IMG/VR virus record: IMGVR_UViG_3300021373_002787
Coordinates: 1-64,000 of that record
Source of the DNA: a virus
DNA length: 64,000 nucleotides
Direction: 5' to 3' (one strand)
The translations under genes and the position numbers were made by a program. Of this stretch, positions 1 to 10,024 are shown piece by piece. Below the pieces are notes generated by a model. The model ran no database searches. It saw nothing but the letters and a program-made list of their open reading frames with translations, and was not told the DNA's origin. Within the stretch, counting starts at the first letter, position 1, and the number at the start of each line of letters is the position of its first letter.

Positions 1-1
1 C

Positions 2-1582
2 TGTCTCTTCATCAGTTATATCGATCCTATTAGTTTTATATAACTTAGCAAAATTCTGACAGAAGATTGTTTTGTTGTCTGCTTTTAATTTAATTCCGGG
101 CTTCAATGATCTACTATCATGCCTGTGCTTAAATCTAAGAATCATTTCATCCTCAAAGTCATTTTTCTGAGGAAATACTGTTCTTAAATACTGAAATAGT
201 GTTGTTCCATACGTATTGTATTCAACGATCATTTTCACATTCTCATTATAAAAAACATCGACTGCTAGCGTATATAAGACCTTTGCAAAATCTTCAATGA
301 TGTGTTCATTGCTTCTGAATCGTGCAACTTGCTTTAATTTAAAGAAGTCATACATTGCTCCTGGATTATTTACATTCTCTATTTCTTTTAAATCCATTGG
401 AGAAACCTGGAACACATTAATTACTGAATAGTCTCCACCATTTCCTTCTGCAATATCAACGTCAAATAGCCAATAGTTTTCACTATATCTGGCATCTTCA
501 ACATCAAAGTCAGGATCCCAAGCTAAGAACCCTTCGACATCAATTCCAATATTATCAAATTCTTCAAGATCGTGATAGACATACTTCTTCATCCTCTTTC
601 TCATCCTCTTCATATCGACAGGATCCATTAACAGATTTGAAGAACTTACGAATTCATTACCATATTGCTTATTGAATGCTTCAATTGAACAAAGGTTTGC
701 AAGTTCTCGTTGATACCATGCATCATCGCGCTCTGGATGTTCCCACCAATCAATTCGCATTGACTTATACTCATTATCACCGCGTTCCGCAGCAGCATAG
801 ATTTCATAGAACTTATTAAAACCATTCGGAGTTGAGGTAATCGTTAGCCTTGATACTTTCGAAGCTGAAAGTGTAGGATAAACATTTTCATAAAAAGAAT
901 CGGCAATCGATGGGTGAATGTGTGCGAACTCATCAATGTATAGGTTATGAATGGTAAAACCAATACCTGCCTTTGCCGTTGTAGATTGTCCAATTAAACG
1001 ACAACCATTATCACAACGAACATTCATTACATCATACTTAATAATACCTGGCTTCATAAAGAATGGAAGGTTCTCAAGTACAACCTTTGCCTTATCAATG
1101 ATTTCTTTTGTCGTATCACTTTTGTTTGCAAGAAGCAGTGTATTCTTATCAGTATTAAACGTAACGTACCATGCATTATAAATTGATGCTGTTACTGTTT
1201 TACCCATCTGACGAGAGGCTAGTACGATATTAAATCTTTCATGTTGAAAGTTACGTAGCATCCTTTTTTGGTATTCGCGAAGTTTTACTCTCTTGATACC
1301 ATCATCAGTCATTACCACCGCATACTTTTCGGCAAAATATACAATATCAGTCGCACATCTTGCCAGTTCCGCTATCTCTTCATCAGTGTACTCAAAGACT
1401 ATATTACCCTTTCTCAAGAATTGTTTTCCCTCGTAAAAGGGCATCTTGACCTTTGGTCTGTAACCCTGGTCAAGCGCAAGTAGGAGGTCATTGATTTGTC
1501 GAGAAGACCAAACAATTCTTGATGATTCAACGTCACTTTCCTCTTTCGGAATCCATCTATTATCTCCTACGTAATCACTCAT
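2..1582 (-). CDS. terL: Terminase large subunit (T4 gp17-like), runs off the window start
   Basis: Missing from the ORF track because no stop lies in the window. Manual translation from ATG at 1582: MSDYVGDNRW...LREYQKRMLRNFQHERFNIVLASRQMGKT (Walker A), LYIDEFAHI (Walker B), ITSTPNG, FDVDIAEGNGGDYS (nuclease). ATGA overlap with the upstream gene. Confidence 0.95.
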   Translation of the reverse strand, partial: MSDYVGDNRWIPKEESDVESSRIVWSSRQINDLLLALDQGYRPKVKMPFYEGKQFLRKGNIVFEYTDEEIAELARCATDIVYFAEKYAVVMTDDGIKRVKLREYQKRMLRNFQHERFNIVLASRQMGKTVTASIYNAWYVTFNTDKNTLLLANKSDTTKEIIDKAKVVLENLPFFMKPGIIKYDVMNVRCDNGCRLIGQSTTAKAGIGFTIHNLYIDEFAHIHPSIADSFYENVYPTLSASKVSRLTITSTPNGFNKFYEIYAAAERGDNEYKSMRIDWWEHPERDDAWYQRELANLCSIEAFNKQYGNEFVSSSNLLMDPVDMKRMRKRMKKYVYHDLEEFDNIGIDVEGFLAWDPDFDVEDARYSENYWLFDVDIAEGNGGDYSVINVFQVSPMDLKEIENVNNPGAMYDFFKLKQVARFRSNEHIIEDFAKVLYTLAVDVFYNENVKMIVEYNTYGTTLFQYLRTVFPQKNDFEDEMILRFKHRHDSRSLKPGIKLKADNKTIFCQNFAKLYKTNRIDITDEET

Positions 1583-2247
1583 TCTTCAGTCTCGTCTATT
1601 TCAACATCTGTAATGTCATCGTCTTCTTCAGATCCATTCTTAATTCCTGCTTGAATTGCAGCCATTAAGTCTTTTGTACCTCTCTGAATATTACCATCCT
1701 TAGAATCTCCACCGCTTGCTTCGATTTCTCGAGTGTCGTCTCTCTTTTTATAGAGTTCAATGTCTCTTGCAATTCTCTTGGTAGATTCTTCAGCTGCCAT
1801 TAAATACATTGTTTGAGATTTGATAATGTCTAACATTGACTTTTGTAATGTCGCAAGTACCTCGAACATTCTTGGCGCAAGTTCTCCAGCCTCAATTGTT
1901 TCTAATAAAGTTGTAAGTGCTCTTTCACCGGCCTGTAATTGATAGATGAGAGAACTCATTGTCATCTCATCCATCTTTTTCTTAGCTTGAATATATTCGT
2001 CCTTCTCGATAATATCTGCATCAAGATAGAATTTCATCAAACTGGTAATGGTCTTCTTAGCCTTATTGGTTGAAGTTGACTTTATATCGGCATAATTAAC
2101 TGGAGGCAAAGAAGTAGGCTGCTGGACTAGACCCGCATCTTTCGGATCCTGTTCAACTTCTAATCTTTCATCATCTCCAATTAAATTATCAAGCTCTCTA
2201 CGGATTTCGTCGGCCTGATCTTTTATTGTTCTCTTGTTTTCGCTCAT
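1579..2247 (-). CDS. terS: Terminase small subunit (gp16-like)
   Basis: Segment PRMFEVLATLQKSMLDI resembles the gp16 'PR..EV.ATL' core; translationally coupled directly upstream of terL. Confidence 0.75.
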   Translation of the reverse strand: MSENKRTIKDQADEIRRELDNLIGDDERLEVEQDPKDAGLVQQPTSLPPVNYADIKSTSTNKAKKTITSLMKFYLDADIIEKDEYIQAKKKMDEMTMSSLIYQLQAGERALTTLLETIEAGELAPRMFEVLATLQKSMLDIIKSQTMYLMAAEESTKRIARDIELYKKRDDTREIEASGGDSKDGNIQRGTKDLMAAIQAGIKNGSEEDDDITDVEIDETEE

Positions 2248-2278
2248 AAAATGTTCTTTAACAAGTTATGTATCTAAA

Positions 2279-4237
2279 TTATTTGGGATTGCTATATCTT
2301 CTTAACCTAATTGATGGAATCGCATTATCAGTAATTATTGCTAGATCTGAGTCTCTAACTACATATTGTTGAATTACGTTTATTTGCTGCTCCTCTTCAA
2401 TTACCCTTTCAAAGACTCTAAAATTACTAAAGTTAATTGGCGCTGCAGAAAGGCTCCATCCTTTTTCAGCGTCCCATTCTTGCGATCCGTTTAGTGTAAA
2501 TGTCTGGTCAACAACACTAGCAAGAGTTTCCATCTTTTTATGTGGAAGTCCTCTATTGGAATCTGGATCGAGTCTGTAAAGAGCGACTCCAAGATCGTTT
2601 GATTCATTATTTAAGTTAACTACTAGACCATACCAGACGTCTTTTTCAAGTGGAGTGTCATATGTTATTAATTTAGTGACTCCATTAACCTTGATTTCCA
2701 TTGCGGTCTTGCTAGTTGCAATTGATATTCCAGAATTAGGGTTTGCCTCCGCGGTACCGTCAATAAATACGTAACTTGAATTGTCGGTTTCAGTAAACTG
2801 TGGTCTAATCCAACCTGTAACTGCTAAGTTCTGGGATGTTGTTAATTTTGAATGCGCCTTATACGTTAATGCAAATCTTTCACCTACTGTAACCTGGTCA
2901 AGTGCATAGTGATTCTTTGTAATCATCGTCCACTTGTTTCTGATCTCAGCATCTACGATAGTCAAGCTAGAATGCTTACTAAATCTAACATTATCCTCAA
3001 GCTCTTGATATGTTGTCTTATATTGGTCAGGCTTGGTAACTTTTTCAAATTCTTGTTGGATCTCTTCACCAAAGATTTCTTCAACTCCAACCGTCAAATC
3101 ATCTACCTCTTGTTCGATCACAGTATCTGTATGAATTGAGCTTGTTCTGTCTTCCCATTTTCTCAATTGAACTCTCCAATATGTCATTTGAAGATTAAAT
3201 TCATCGGCAAGAGCAACTGTACTCACCTCATACATTCTATTAATTAATGGAAAATAAAGATAGTCTCTATTTCTTGGTTCTTTGTTTAATCCAAACTTAT
3301 TTGTGAACTCATCTCCTGTGATATGAACCTCAAACTCTTCAAAGTCCATACCAAAAATATCGAAGTTAAATTCTCTGGTAGGGAAGGAATTATCAGGAAC
3401 CATAATTTTTAAAGTATTCTCTGCAACAACATTATAGAGTGAGTATTCTTTCAGGATTACATCCCTGCTTCTTTGATCTGGCTCGACTCTAAAATATTTT
3501 ACGTCATGTCCCCACATTTGATTTGTTAAAGCACTTAACTGGCGATAAATAGCCGTCGGCTTTCTTAAGTTATATGGGTTCCAAACCTCATCTGTACAAT
3601 CAATTATGATGTTTGCACAGCCGTCCATCGCATATGGATCTGAGCAATCCTCGCACCAGTTAGGACAAGATTCAATAATACCATCACTAGTCTCAAGTTC
3701 AAATGTAATACTAAGTAGAGAAATTGAGTGTCCATCAGACAATCTATCGACTTCTAGGCGAATATCTAACCAAAGCGGTAAATTATCATCAAATGTCTTT
3801 CCAAATAAATCGCTTGGGTCACTATTCTTATTTAAGTCTCTAAATTCACTAAACTCTCCTCCATCTGGAAGTTCGCTTTGAGAATATCTGTACTTATATG
3901 TAAAATAATTGTTTGGATTTTCTGAAAGATAGAAGTTAAAGTCTCCACCTACTGGAGCCTCTTCTGTAATTGTAAATTGCGTAGCACTAATTACTTGGTC
4001 TACGGTAAATGTCAAGTTACCGACAATAAATTTGTCTCCCGATGTAAGGTTAAGATTTGTTCCTATTCCAGTTACGGTAGTATCTCCAAGTACAAGCCTT
4101 AACTTACCGACGGTATTGGCATTACTCACACCAACCACAATGGTCCAGTCAGTTACTCTAACTACCCTTTCATATGGATCTTTTAACCTGGCAATAAAAC
4201 TATCGCCTATCTGAGTTGCTGTGAAATTATTTACCAT
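2279..4237 (-). CDS. gp14-like neck/head-closure protein with N- and C-terminal extensions
   Basis: Central WGHDVKYF...FDIFGMDF...PRNRDYLYFPLINRMYEV matches the gp14 pattern. The C-terminal beta-rich region (WYGLVVN...FSNFRVF) looks LamG/ConA-like. Confidence 0.65.
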   Translation of the reverse strand: MVNNFTATQIGDSFIARLKDPYERVVRVTDWTIVVGVSNANTVGKLRLVLGDTTVTGIGTNLNLTSGDKFIVGNLTFTVDQVISATQFTITEEAPVGGDFNFYLSENPNNYFTYKYRYSQSELPDGGEFSEFRDLNKNSDPSDLFGKTFDDNLPLWLDIRLEVDRLSDGHSISLLSITFELETSDGIIESCPNWCEDCSDPYAMDGCANIIIDCTDEVWNPYNLRKPTAIYRQLSALTNQMWGHDVKYFRVEPDQRSRDVILKEYSLYNVVAENTLKIMVPDNSFPTREFNFDIFGMDFEEFEVHITGDEFTNKFGLNKEPRNRDYLYFPLINRMYEVSTVALADEFNLQMTYWRVQLRKWEDRTSSIHTDTVIEQEVDDLTVGVEEIFGEEIQQEFEKVTKPDQYKTTYQELEDNVRFSKHSSLTIVDAEIRNKWTMITKNHYALDQVTVGERFALTYKAHSKLTTSQNLAVTGWIRPQFTETDNSSYVFIDGTAEANPNSGISIATSKTAMEIKVNGVTKLITYDTPLEKDVWYGLVVNLNNESNDLGVALYRLDPDSNRGLPHKKMETLASVVDQTFTLNGSQEWDAEKGWSLSAAPINFSNFRVFERVIEEEQQINVIQQYVVRDSDLAIITDNAIPSIRLRRYSNPK

Positions 4238-4623
4238 TATGCTTTAATCTTATCTTGTGGCGTATAAACCTCTCCAGCCAACCAACTAGCTACAAAACCA
4301 GTTAATGAAACAAAGTAAACCGCCAGGTCAGTAAGACTTGAACCAAACCAAATCGCTACTCCACCTGCAATGGCCCATAGACCGACAACAGCATAGATCA
4401 TTACCTCTCTTCTAGAGTTTGGACCCTTTTTCATGATACCTGTCTTTCCAGAAGGTCTTTTTGATTCTCCCCAAATATATGTTGCTACGTATGCAGTTAG
4501 GGATCCAAAATAAACTGCAAGTTCTTTTAGGTCAGCGCCTTTTAGAGCTCCTAGAATTCCCATCACTACCCATAAAAATACTGTGATGTAAACTAGTCCC
4601 TCTCTTTTTCCGAGATTTGACAT
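4237..4623 (-). CDS. Small multi-pass membrane protein with an internal duplication (holin candidate)
   Basis: Four hydrophobic segments in two related halves (RE...LW...G...L.LAVYF.SLT..VA....GE); preceded by a GATATATA late motif. Confidence 0.5.
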   Translation of the reverse strand: MSNLGKREGLVYITVFLWVVMGILGALKGADLKELAVYFGSLTAYVATYIWGESKRPSGKTGIMKKGPNSRREVMIYAVVGLWAIAGGVAIWFGSSLTDLAVYFVSLTGFVASWLAGEVYTPQDKIKA

Positions 4624-4644
4624 AATGATTCAAGATCTTTTTCT

Positions 4645-5295
4645 TTATATATCTGAATCATAATCTGTAATCACCAATACTTCAGGATCATCGTTTTCAT
4701 ATGCTTCTAATACTTCAATGATTCTCATTATCACCGTTGCATTTTCACTAGTATTGTGTTCGCTCAAAAAGATGTCAAGTGAGCGTAGCATTGATTGTAA
4801 TTTAATTACATTATAATGTTTATTGTCCTTTAAGATTCCTGATCTAAGAAGAATCATATTAACATGGGGTAGTTGTTGTGTTGAAAAATAGTCAAACGTT
4901 CTAAAAGTACCTCTAATTATCTTGATTGAAAATTTAATGGTCTTCATCTCGTCGACTGAAACGATTCTCGAATAACCAGCGTTTCTAATATAGTCGATTT
5001 TAATCCATTTCAGGTTCGGCATGTCCTCCAACATTCTCCATATAAAATAGGTTGAAGTTGCCTCTTTGTAGATCATCGCAGTTTCAATTGCTTGAAACTT
5101 ATTGATTTCTTTTCTGAAATTATTTAGGAGTATAGATCTTACAGCAGACGCTTCTACAAGAATTGAGTCACTATCAAGATTTCTAAAACTATTTGTTTTT
5201 CTGATAAGTGCCCAAATCTTTGAATCTACAGAATTATACCGGTAAAGTACAATGTCTGTAATTTCTGAAAAAGTATCTCTATTCTGTGTAAACAT
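4645..5295 (-). CDS. Hypothetical protein
   Basis: 216-aa ORF tightly packed in the minus-strand operon; no recognised motif. Confidence 0.8.
   Translation of the reverse strand: MFTQNRDTFSEITDIVLYRYNSVDSKIWALIRKTNSFRNLDSDSILVEASAVRSILLNNFRKEINKFQAIETAMIYKEATSTYFIWRMLEDMPNLKWIKIDYIRNAGYSRIVSVDEMKTIKFSIKIIRGTFRTFDYFSTQQLPHVNMILLRSGILKDNKHYNVIKLQSMLRSLDIFLSEHNTSENATVIMRIIEVLEAYENDDPEVLVITDYDSDI
4646..4653 (-). promoter_or_regulatory. Putative late promoter GATATATA
   Basis: Recurrent motif upstream of structural genes; here formed by the Asp-Ile-stop codons of the upstream gene. Confidence 0.6.
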
Positions 5296-5707
5296 TAATT
5301 TGCTTCTCTATTTTCTGTAAGTCTTGATAAAGATCTTCCTTCGCGAATTTTTTCATTTCTTCAAACTCGCGATTTCCGATCTCATTACGGTCCATGTATA
5401 TTTGAACTGCAGATTGGTCGGGAATATATTTATCCTTTTCATTCTTTGCAGCCCGCTTGGTCTTTGTGTAGATCCAACCTGGAACGCTTTTAAATCGAGA
5501 AGCAACTAGTGACCAACATTCAACAACATTTCCACCATCAATTCCATTGATATTAAATGCCTCAGCATTTGCTGGATATTTAATAGCAAAGAAACGATTA
5601 ATCATAAAGTGGTGGCGCTTCTTGTTAACCTGTTTAATCTTTTTATAGTCTGATGGCCTCGTGAACATAATCTTCACGAAGTCAAATAGTTTAGTTTCGT
5701 CTAACAT
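5279..5707 (-). CDS. Clamp loader small subunit (gp62-like)
   Basis: FMINRFF...NAEAFN and later WIYTKTK resemble gp62 motifs; size and neighbourhood (gp44, RNase H) fit. Confidence 0.65.
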   Translation of the reverse strand: MLDETKLFDFVKIMFTRPSDYKKIKQVNKKRHHFMINRFFAIKYPANAEAFNINGIDGGNVVECWSLVASRFKSVPGWIYTKTKRAAKNEKDKYIPDQSAVQIYMDRNEIGNREFEEMKKFAKEDLYQDLQKIEKQINVYTE

Positions 5708-5720
5708 GTTATTTAACTTA

Positions 5721-6986
5721 TTAGAATAAGTTGTTTAGATTTTTAGTCTTTGGCTTTGCTTTTGTTTCAACCTTCTTTTTTCCAACCGTCTTTATTGGCT
5801 TTGGATCTTCAGGAATGTCCATGCCTGCAAAAGGATCCGAACCTGCTGGAGCATCTGAGCCCTTAAGCCATTGCGTTCCTTCAAGTATTTTATCTTTATC
5901 GAATAAAACATTCATATTATCAACGGCTCCTTCCCATTCCTGATCAATCTCCTTATAAATTGCCTTTTGAATAGCCTCTGGGATAATTCTATTATGAAGA
6001 ACCATTAATGCCATATTATTATTAAGACTAGACTTAATTAGGTTTTTAGAACTCTTTCCAACTACTCGATAAATTACCTCTGATAGAATATTTTTTTGTT
6101 CATCTGAGAAAAGATATTCGATTGAGAAGTTATCAAACTCCTTGATATATTGTTCCCATATTTTTGAAGCCATCTTATCAGTAATTGAATAGTTGCGAAG
6201 CTTTCCATTCTTCATTTCTTTTTGCCAAGTAACTACCGATGGGATATTATCGCTGCTATCTCCTGTTAGAACCTTCTTAAAGATAAACTCATCACAATTA
6301 ACCTCATTTACTTCAATTTTATACTTATTGATCCAGTTAAGAATATTGTGCTGATATTCATCGCGACCCATGTGTTCGCCACCCATATTGAATAATAGAT
6401 CGTCGGTACTTAACTGTTCTGAAGCCATTAATTCCATGTCAGCTTTAAAACCTTCATAAACATAGAGAGACTTTTTGGTATTCCAATACCAAATTGTGTG
6501 TGCATCATTTGGCTTTGAGTGATTGACTAATTGAATCAAGTCACGATCACCTGTCCAAACAATACATGATTTACCACGACCGTTTAGCGCAACTGACCAA
6601 CCAAAGATAACATCATCTGCTTCGGCACCTGATGTTTGCTGTACCGTTACTCCTCTTGTTTTTAGAATCTTTTGAAACTCTCCGTATACCTCATAAACAT
6701 TTGCCCAATCAACACTACTATCACTCTTTCTTGTTCCCTTATAGTCTGCTTCTGGATAGAGATCTTTTCTCCATGATTTTGAATCTACTGCGATAACGAC
6801 ATCATCGACAAAATCTTGCAACTTTCTTAATTCTGATGCAAGATCAATCGACAACTTACGCATAAATTGTGCTTTTTGTTTTTCGTCTCCTAATAACTTA
6901 CCAGTTTTTGGTCTAGGCATAACGAAAAGTCTACTATATACAAAATAGTTACCGTCTATTAATAGTGTATGTTTTCCCACTTTCAT
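5721..6986 (-). CDS. rnh: 5'-3' exonuclease / T4 RNase H-like flap nuclease
   Basis: LLIDGN, SWRKDLYPEADYKGTR, EADDVI, TGDRDLIQL, LTGDSSDNIP: the full FEN/5'-nuclease motif set. Confidence 0.92.
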   Translation of the reverse strand: MKVGKHTLLIDGNYFVYSRLFVMPRPKTGKLLGDEKQKAQFMRKLSIDLASELRKLQDFVDDVVIAVDSKSWRKDLYPEADYKGTRKSDSSVDWANVYEVYGEFQKILKTRGVTVQQTSGAEADDVIFGWSVALNGRGKSCIVWTGDRDLIQLVNHSKPNDAHTIWYWNTKKSLYVYEGFKADMELMASEQLSTDDLLFNMGGEHMGRDEYQHNILNWINKYKIEVNEVNCDEFIFKKVLTGDSSDNIPSVVTWQKEMKNGKLRNYSITDKMASKIWEQYIKEFDNFSIEYLFSDEQKNILSEVIYRVVGKSSKNLIKSSLNNNMALMVLHNRIIPEAIQKAIYKEIDQEWEGAVDNMNVLFDKDKILEGTQWLKGSDAPAGSDPFAGMDIPEDPKPIKTVGKKKVETKAKPKTKNLNNLF

Positions 6987-7006
6987 TTTAATCTTGTTTT
7001 ACAGAT

Positions 7007-7036
7007 CTAATATAATCATTTTTCATGACATAAAAA
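7007..7036 (-). promoter_or_regulatory. Putative early promoter TTTTTATGTCA-N11-TATATTAG
   Basis: Same bipartite motif with identical 11-nt spacing at 33869-33898 and 41023-41052. Confidence 0.6.
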
Positions 7037-7052
7037 AATCTGGCTAATATTT

Positions 7053-8009
7053 TTATGACCTTATAATTGTCTGTAAAGAATAAACACAACTCAACATTGT
7101 TATTACAGGATCAATTACATGAACTCTTTGTGCTTGGTGTTGAGCTACTGTAATAATAATTTGAGGAATGTGTTGTACATTCTTTTGTTTTTCCTGTTGT
7201 ATGTATTCTATAAATTCTGCGCCAAGTGCCGCAAGAACCTCATCAATTCTATTTGAATAGTTACTTACCAACATTTGATAATTCTTTGCAGGATCAGTTT
7301 CATTAAATATCAATTCAAATACATCTTTGAAGACTGAATTGAATCGCTTAACGTCATTGATTGTAATGTTTGATGTTCCTTGCGTCTTAAATCCTTGAAG
7401 TTTATTTAAGGTATTTCGAAGATCAGGAAAGTTTCTTCGTACAAATTCAACAAGCGCATCTTTTTCAATACTTAGTCCTTCATTCTTACAAACTTGATAA
7501 ACTCTCTTAATATACTTTTTTGTAAGTTCACTCTCTTCCTCTTTATCGAAATCAAAATTAATTACTTCGAATCGTGAAAGTACTGGATCCGGTATTTTAT
7601 TGATGTAATTACAAGTCGCGATAAATCGAGAGTTGCTTGCAAATTGTTCCATTGTAGCACGAAGTGCTTTAAAAAACTGATCACTTACACCATCAACCTC
7701 ATCTAAAATTACCACCTTAAAAGCTCCAGGTTTATCCATGATCGAAACAGTAGAACAAAAGTCAATGATTCGGGTTCTAATCACGTCAACCGAAGTATCG
7801 GTAGATGCATTAATATAAAGATATGGAAGTTCAAATTGATTTACAATAGCCTTTGCCGTCGATGTTTTACCAGTACCTGGGCTACCAGCAAATAACATGT
7901 TCTGGACCAAACCATCATTAAACTTCTTCATAACTCGATCCGGTAGGATCAATTCGTCTAAATTTTTTGGACGATACTTCTCTGTGAAAAGTTGATTTAT
8001 TGATTGCAT
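7053..8009 (-). CDS. Clamp loader large subunit (gp44 / RFC-like AAA+)
   Basis: LFTEKYRPKNLDE, GSPGTGKT, ILDEVD, FIATCNY, SRF. Start moved to the ATG at 8009 (MQSINQLF), which lies just downstream of a promoter motif. Confidence 0.95.
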   Translation of the reverse strand: MQSINQLFTEKYRPKNLDELILPDRVMKKFNDGLVQNMLFAGSPGTGKTSTAKAIVNQFELPYLYINASTDTSVDVIRTRIIDFCSTVSIMDKPGAFKVVILDEVDGVSDQFFKALRATMEQFASNSRFIATCNYINKIPDPVLSRFEVINFDFDKEEESELTKKYIKRVYQVCKNEGLSIEKDALVEFVRRNFPDLRNTLNKLQGFKTQGTSNITINDVKRFNSVFKDVFELIFNETDPAKNYQMLVSNYSNRIDEVLAALGAEFIEYIQQEKQKNVQHIPQIIITVAQHQAQRVHVIDPVITMLSCVYSLQTIIRS

Positions 8010-8026
8010 ACAAAAGTCTTTGATAA

Positions 8027-8054
8027 TTATATTAAGAGATGTTGCTCTTGTTTC
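8027..8054 (-). promoter_or_regulatory. Putative middle promoter GAAAC-N18-TATAA
   Basis: Member of the GAAAC-N17-TATAA family (18-nt spacer here), upstream of gp44. Confidence 0.5.
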
Positions 8055-8071
8055 TAAAATAAATATAGAAT

Positions 8072-8584
8072 ATGGCGATAAATTACTCAAAGATCACGAT
8101 TAAAAGAACTAACAATCCAAGAGGTGGGTGTAGGTTTGGAGTCGTGCTGAAGCACTTGCCAAAATCATTTCGCCAATTTTTAATTAAGAACAAGAATATG
8201 TCAAGATGGGCAGAGAGCGACCAATGGGTTGAGTGCGCCTTGAAAATCCAGAGACCTAGGATAAAAGATTCTTCGGCATTAAAGATATATTGGGACTGGG
8301 AAAGCAGTTCCGTCGTGGATAAGCAGACACTTGAAAGCAACTACAATACAATAGATTGGATTTGTGCCGTATCTGGTAAACCAATCAGGTCTAAATTTAT
8401 GAACTTTGACCTTGAGAATTTTATTCACTCAGAATATCTTGATGTTTTAAAAGCTCCGATGGTCGATAGCCGAATCTTAAAGAGTTCGATAGAATTTCGC
8501 AAGAAATGCAAAGAACTCCTGCTCAATGAGAGGCAGGAGTTCCTTAATATGGCCCGTAAGAATGCTAAAAAGAGGTTAGACTAA
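8072..8584 (+). CDS. Hypothetical basic protein, the only plus-strand gene
   Basis: 170-aa ATG ORF fills a gap with no long minus-strand ORF; AATAAATA (late-motif variant) at 8058-8065 just upstream. Confidence 0.75.
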   Translation: MAINYSKITIKRTNNPRGGCRFGVVLKHLPKSFRQFLIKNKNMSRWAESDQWVECALKIQRPRIKDSSALKIYWDWESSSVVDKQTLESNYNTIDWICAVSGKPIRSKFMNFDLENFIHSEYLDVLKAPMVDSRILKSSIEFRKKCKELLLNERQEFLNMARKNAKKRLD

Positions 8585-9997
8585 ATCTAATTCTAATTCT
8601 AGTATTGATATTTGATTTTCAAAAATCATTACGTCAAAATCATAAAGGTTCCAAGATTCTTTTGCACTAATTTTATCTTTTAATGCTTTGGCTTTTTTGA
8701 TTTTATCTTCATTTCCGCTCTCTTCTGCTTTTTTGATAATATCGTCAATTCTTTTGAGTTGATCCTCTTTAGAATTTTTCTTAGTAGAATTAGTATCTTC
8801 ATTATCTTTTTTAGAAGTTAATCCCTCTTTATCGGCTAATTCTTCACGTTCTTTCTTTAACCCATCTAGTTTTTTCTGAGCCTGTTCGATCTTTTCAGAG
8901 TCTCCGGATGCTTGTTCCTTTTTCAATTCAGCGGCAGCAACCGCAATTTCATATCCTTTAATCACAGACGGAGAGTTTGTATCGTCTTTCTTTGCGTTTT
9001 CGAGCTTTTGTTTATTAGTTTCAATTTGCTTATCTAGCTTATCGATCTTTCCTTTAGTTTGATCTCCCTTCTCTTCTTTCTTTCCTTGAGTTCCAAGTGC
9101 TTGCTGAAGTTCTTCATCATTCTTAACTGTCTCTTCATGATTTGCAATCTCTTGTTGAGTTTTTTCTGGGGATCCTTTCTTTGCCGCCTCAGCTTCTTTT
9201 TTCGCCTTTTCAACTTCTTCGGCATATTTGGCGTCCGCTTCAACTGCATTATTATACATCTGTTCATATCTTTCTTTCTCAGATGGCGTAAGTCCTTTTT
9301 CATTATCAAGCATCAATTTTGCAATTTGCATGTTTGACTCTGCATTAAGGGCTGCAATTATATCCTTATCTTTTGGATATTTTGAAGAAAGGGCAGTTGC
9401 ATAATCTTCGGCCGACTTTTTTAACTTTTCTATCTTTTGTTTATATTGGTCAACCTTGCTTTTACGTGAGGCTGCTTTTTTCTGTGCAATTGCCTTAGTT
9501 TTATCTTGTTTTACCGAAGGTGCTTTTTTAGGAGTTGCCTTTGGCGCTGCTACCTCAGCCTCTGTCAAATTATCCATTGCTATTTCCATCTTAGCAGCTT
9601 GTAACTTTGGCTTTCGTACATTCTTTTCAAAGTTCTTTCTAATCTTTGCTCTCCTAATAGCCTTCTTGATTAAGACTCCAATTCCGACTGCTGATCCACC
9701 AACAACCCCTGCTGCAATAAGTGGGATCATATATAATTCAGCAGACATCATTGAGGAAACTGCACCGTCAGCCTCTGTAATTAAGGCAGACTCGTTAGCC
9801 TCTTCTTCTTGACCAATTCCTCTTGCAAGATCTTCTAACTTGCTAATAATTGAATCAACATCGCTTACAATATCTGTTCTAACAGAATCAGTTGGTTGAG
9901 AAACTTGTGTCGTTGTATCAATAGCTACTTCGGTTGCAACTTCAGTTCCCGTTTGAGTAAACTCTTCAAACAACATTAATTTTTTAGATAACTTCAT
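8576..9997 (-). CDS. Putative internal head protein (capsid-targeting-like N-terminus, one hydrophobic segment, K/E-rich coiled coil)
   Basis: N-terminus MKLSKKLMLFEEF; hydrophobic YMIPLIAAGVVGGSAVGIGVLI; late motif at 10025-10032; immediately downstream of MCP. Confidence 0.6.
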   Translation of the reverse strand: MKLSKKLMLFEEFTQTGTEVATEVAIDTTTQVSQPTDSVRTDIVSDVDSIISKLEDLARGIGQEEEANESALITEADGAVSSMMSAELYMIPLIAAGVVGGSAVGIGVLIKKAIRRAKIRKNFEKNVRKPKLQAAKMEIAMDNLTEAEVAAPKATPKKAPSVKQDKTKAIAQKKAASRKSKVDQYKQKIEKLKKSAEDYATALSSKYPKDKDIIAALNAESNMQIAKLMLDNEKGLTPSEKERYEQMYNNAVEADAKYAEEVEKAKKEAEAAKKGSPEKTQQEIANHEETVKNDEELQQALGTQGKKEEKGDQTKGKIDKLDKQIETNKQKLENAKKDDTNSPSVIKGYEIAVAAAELKKEQASGDSEKIEQAQKKLDGLKKEREELADKEGLTSKKDNEDTNSTKKNSKEDQLKRIDDIIKKAEESGNEDKIKKAKALKDKISAKESWNLYDFDVMIFENQISILELELDLV

Positions 9998-10024
9998 TAC
10001 TGTGTATTTGTGTTTATTATAGTC

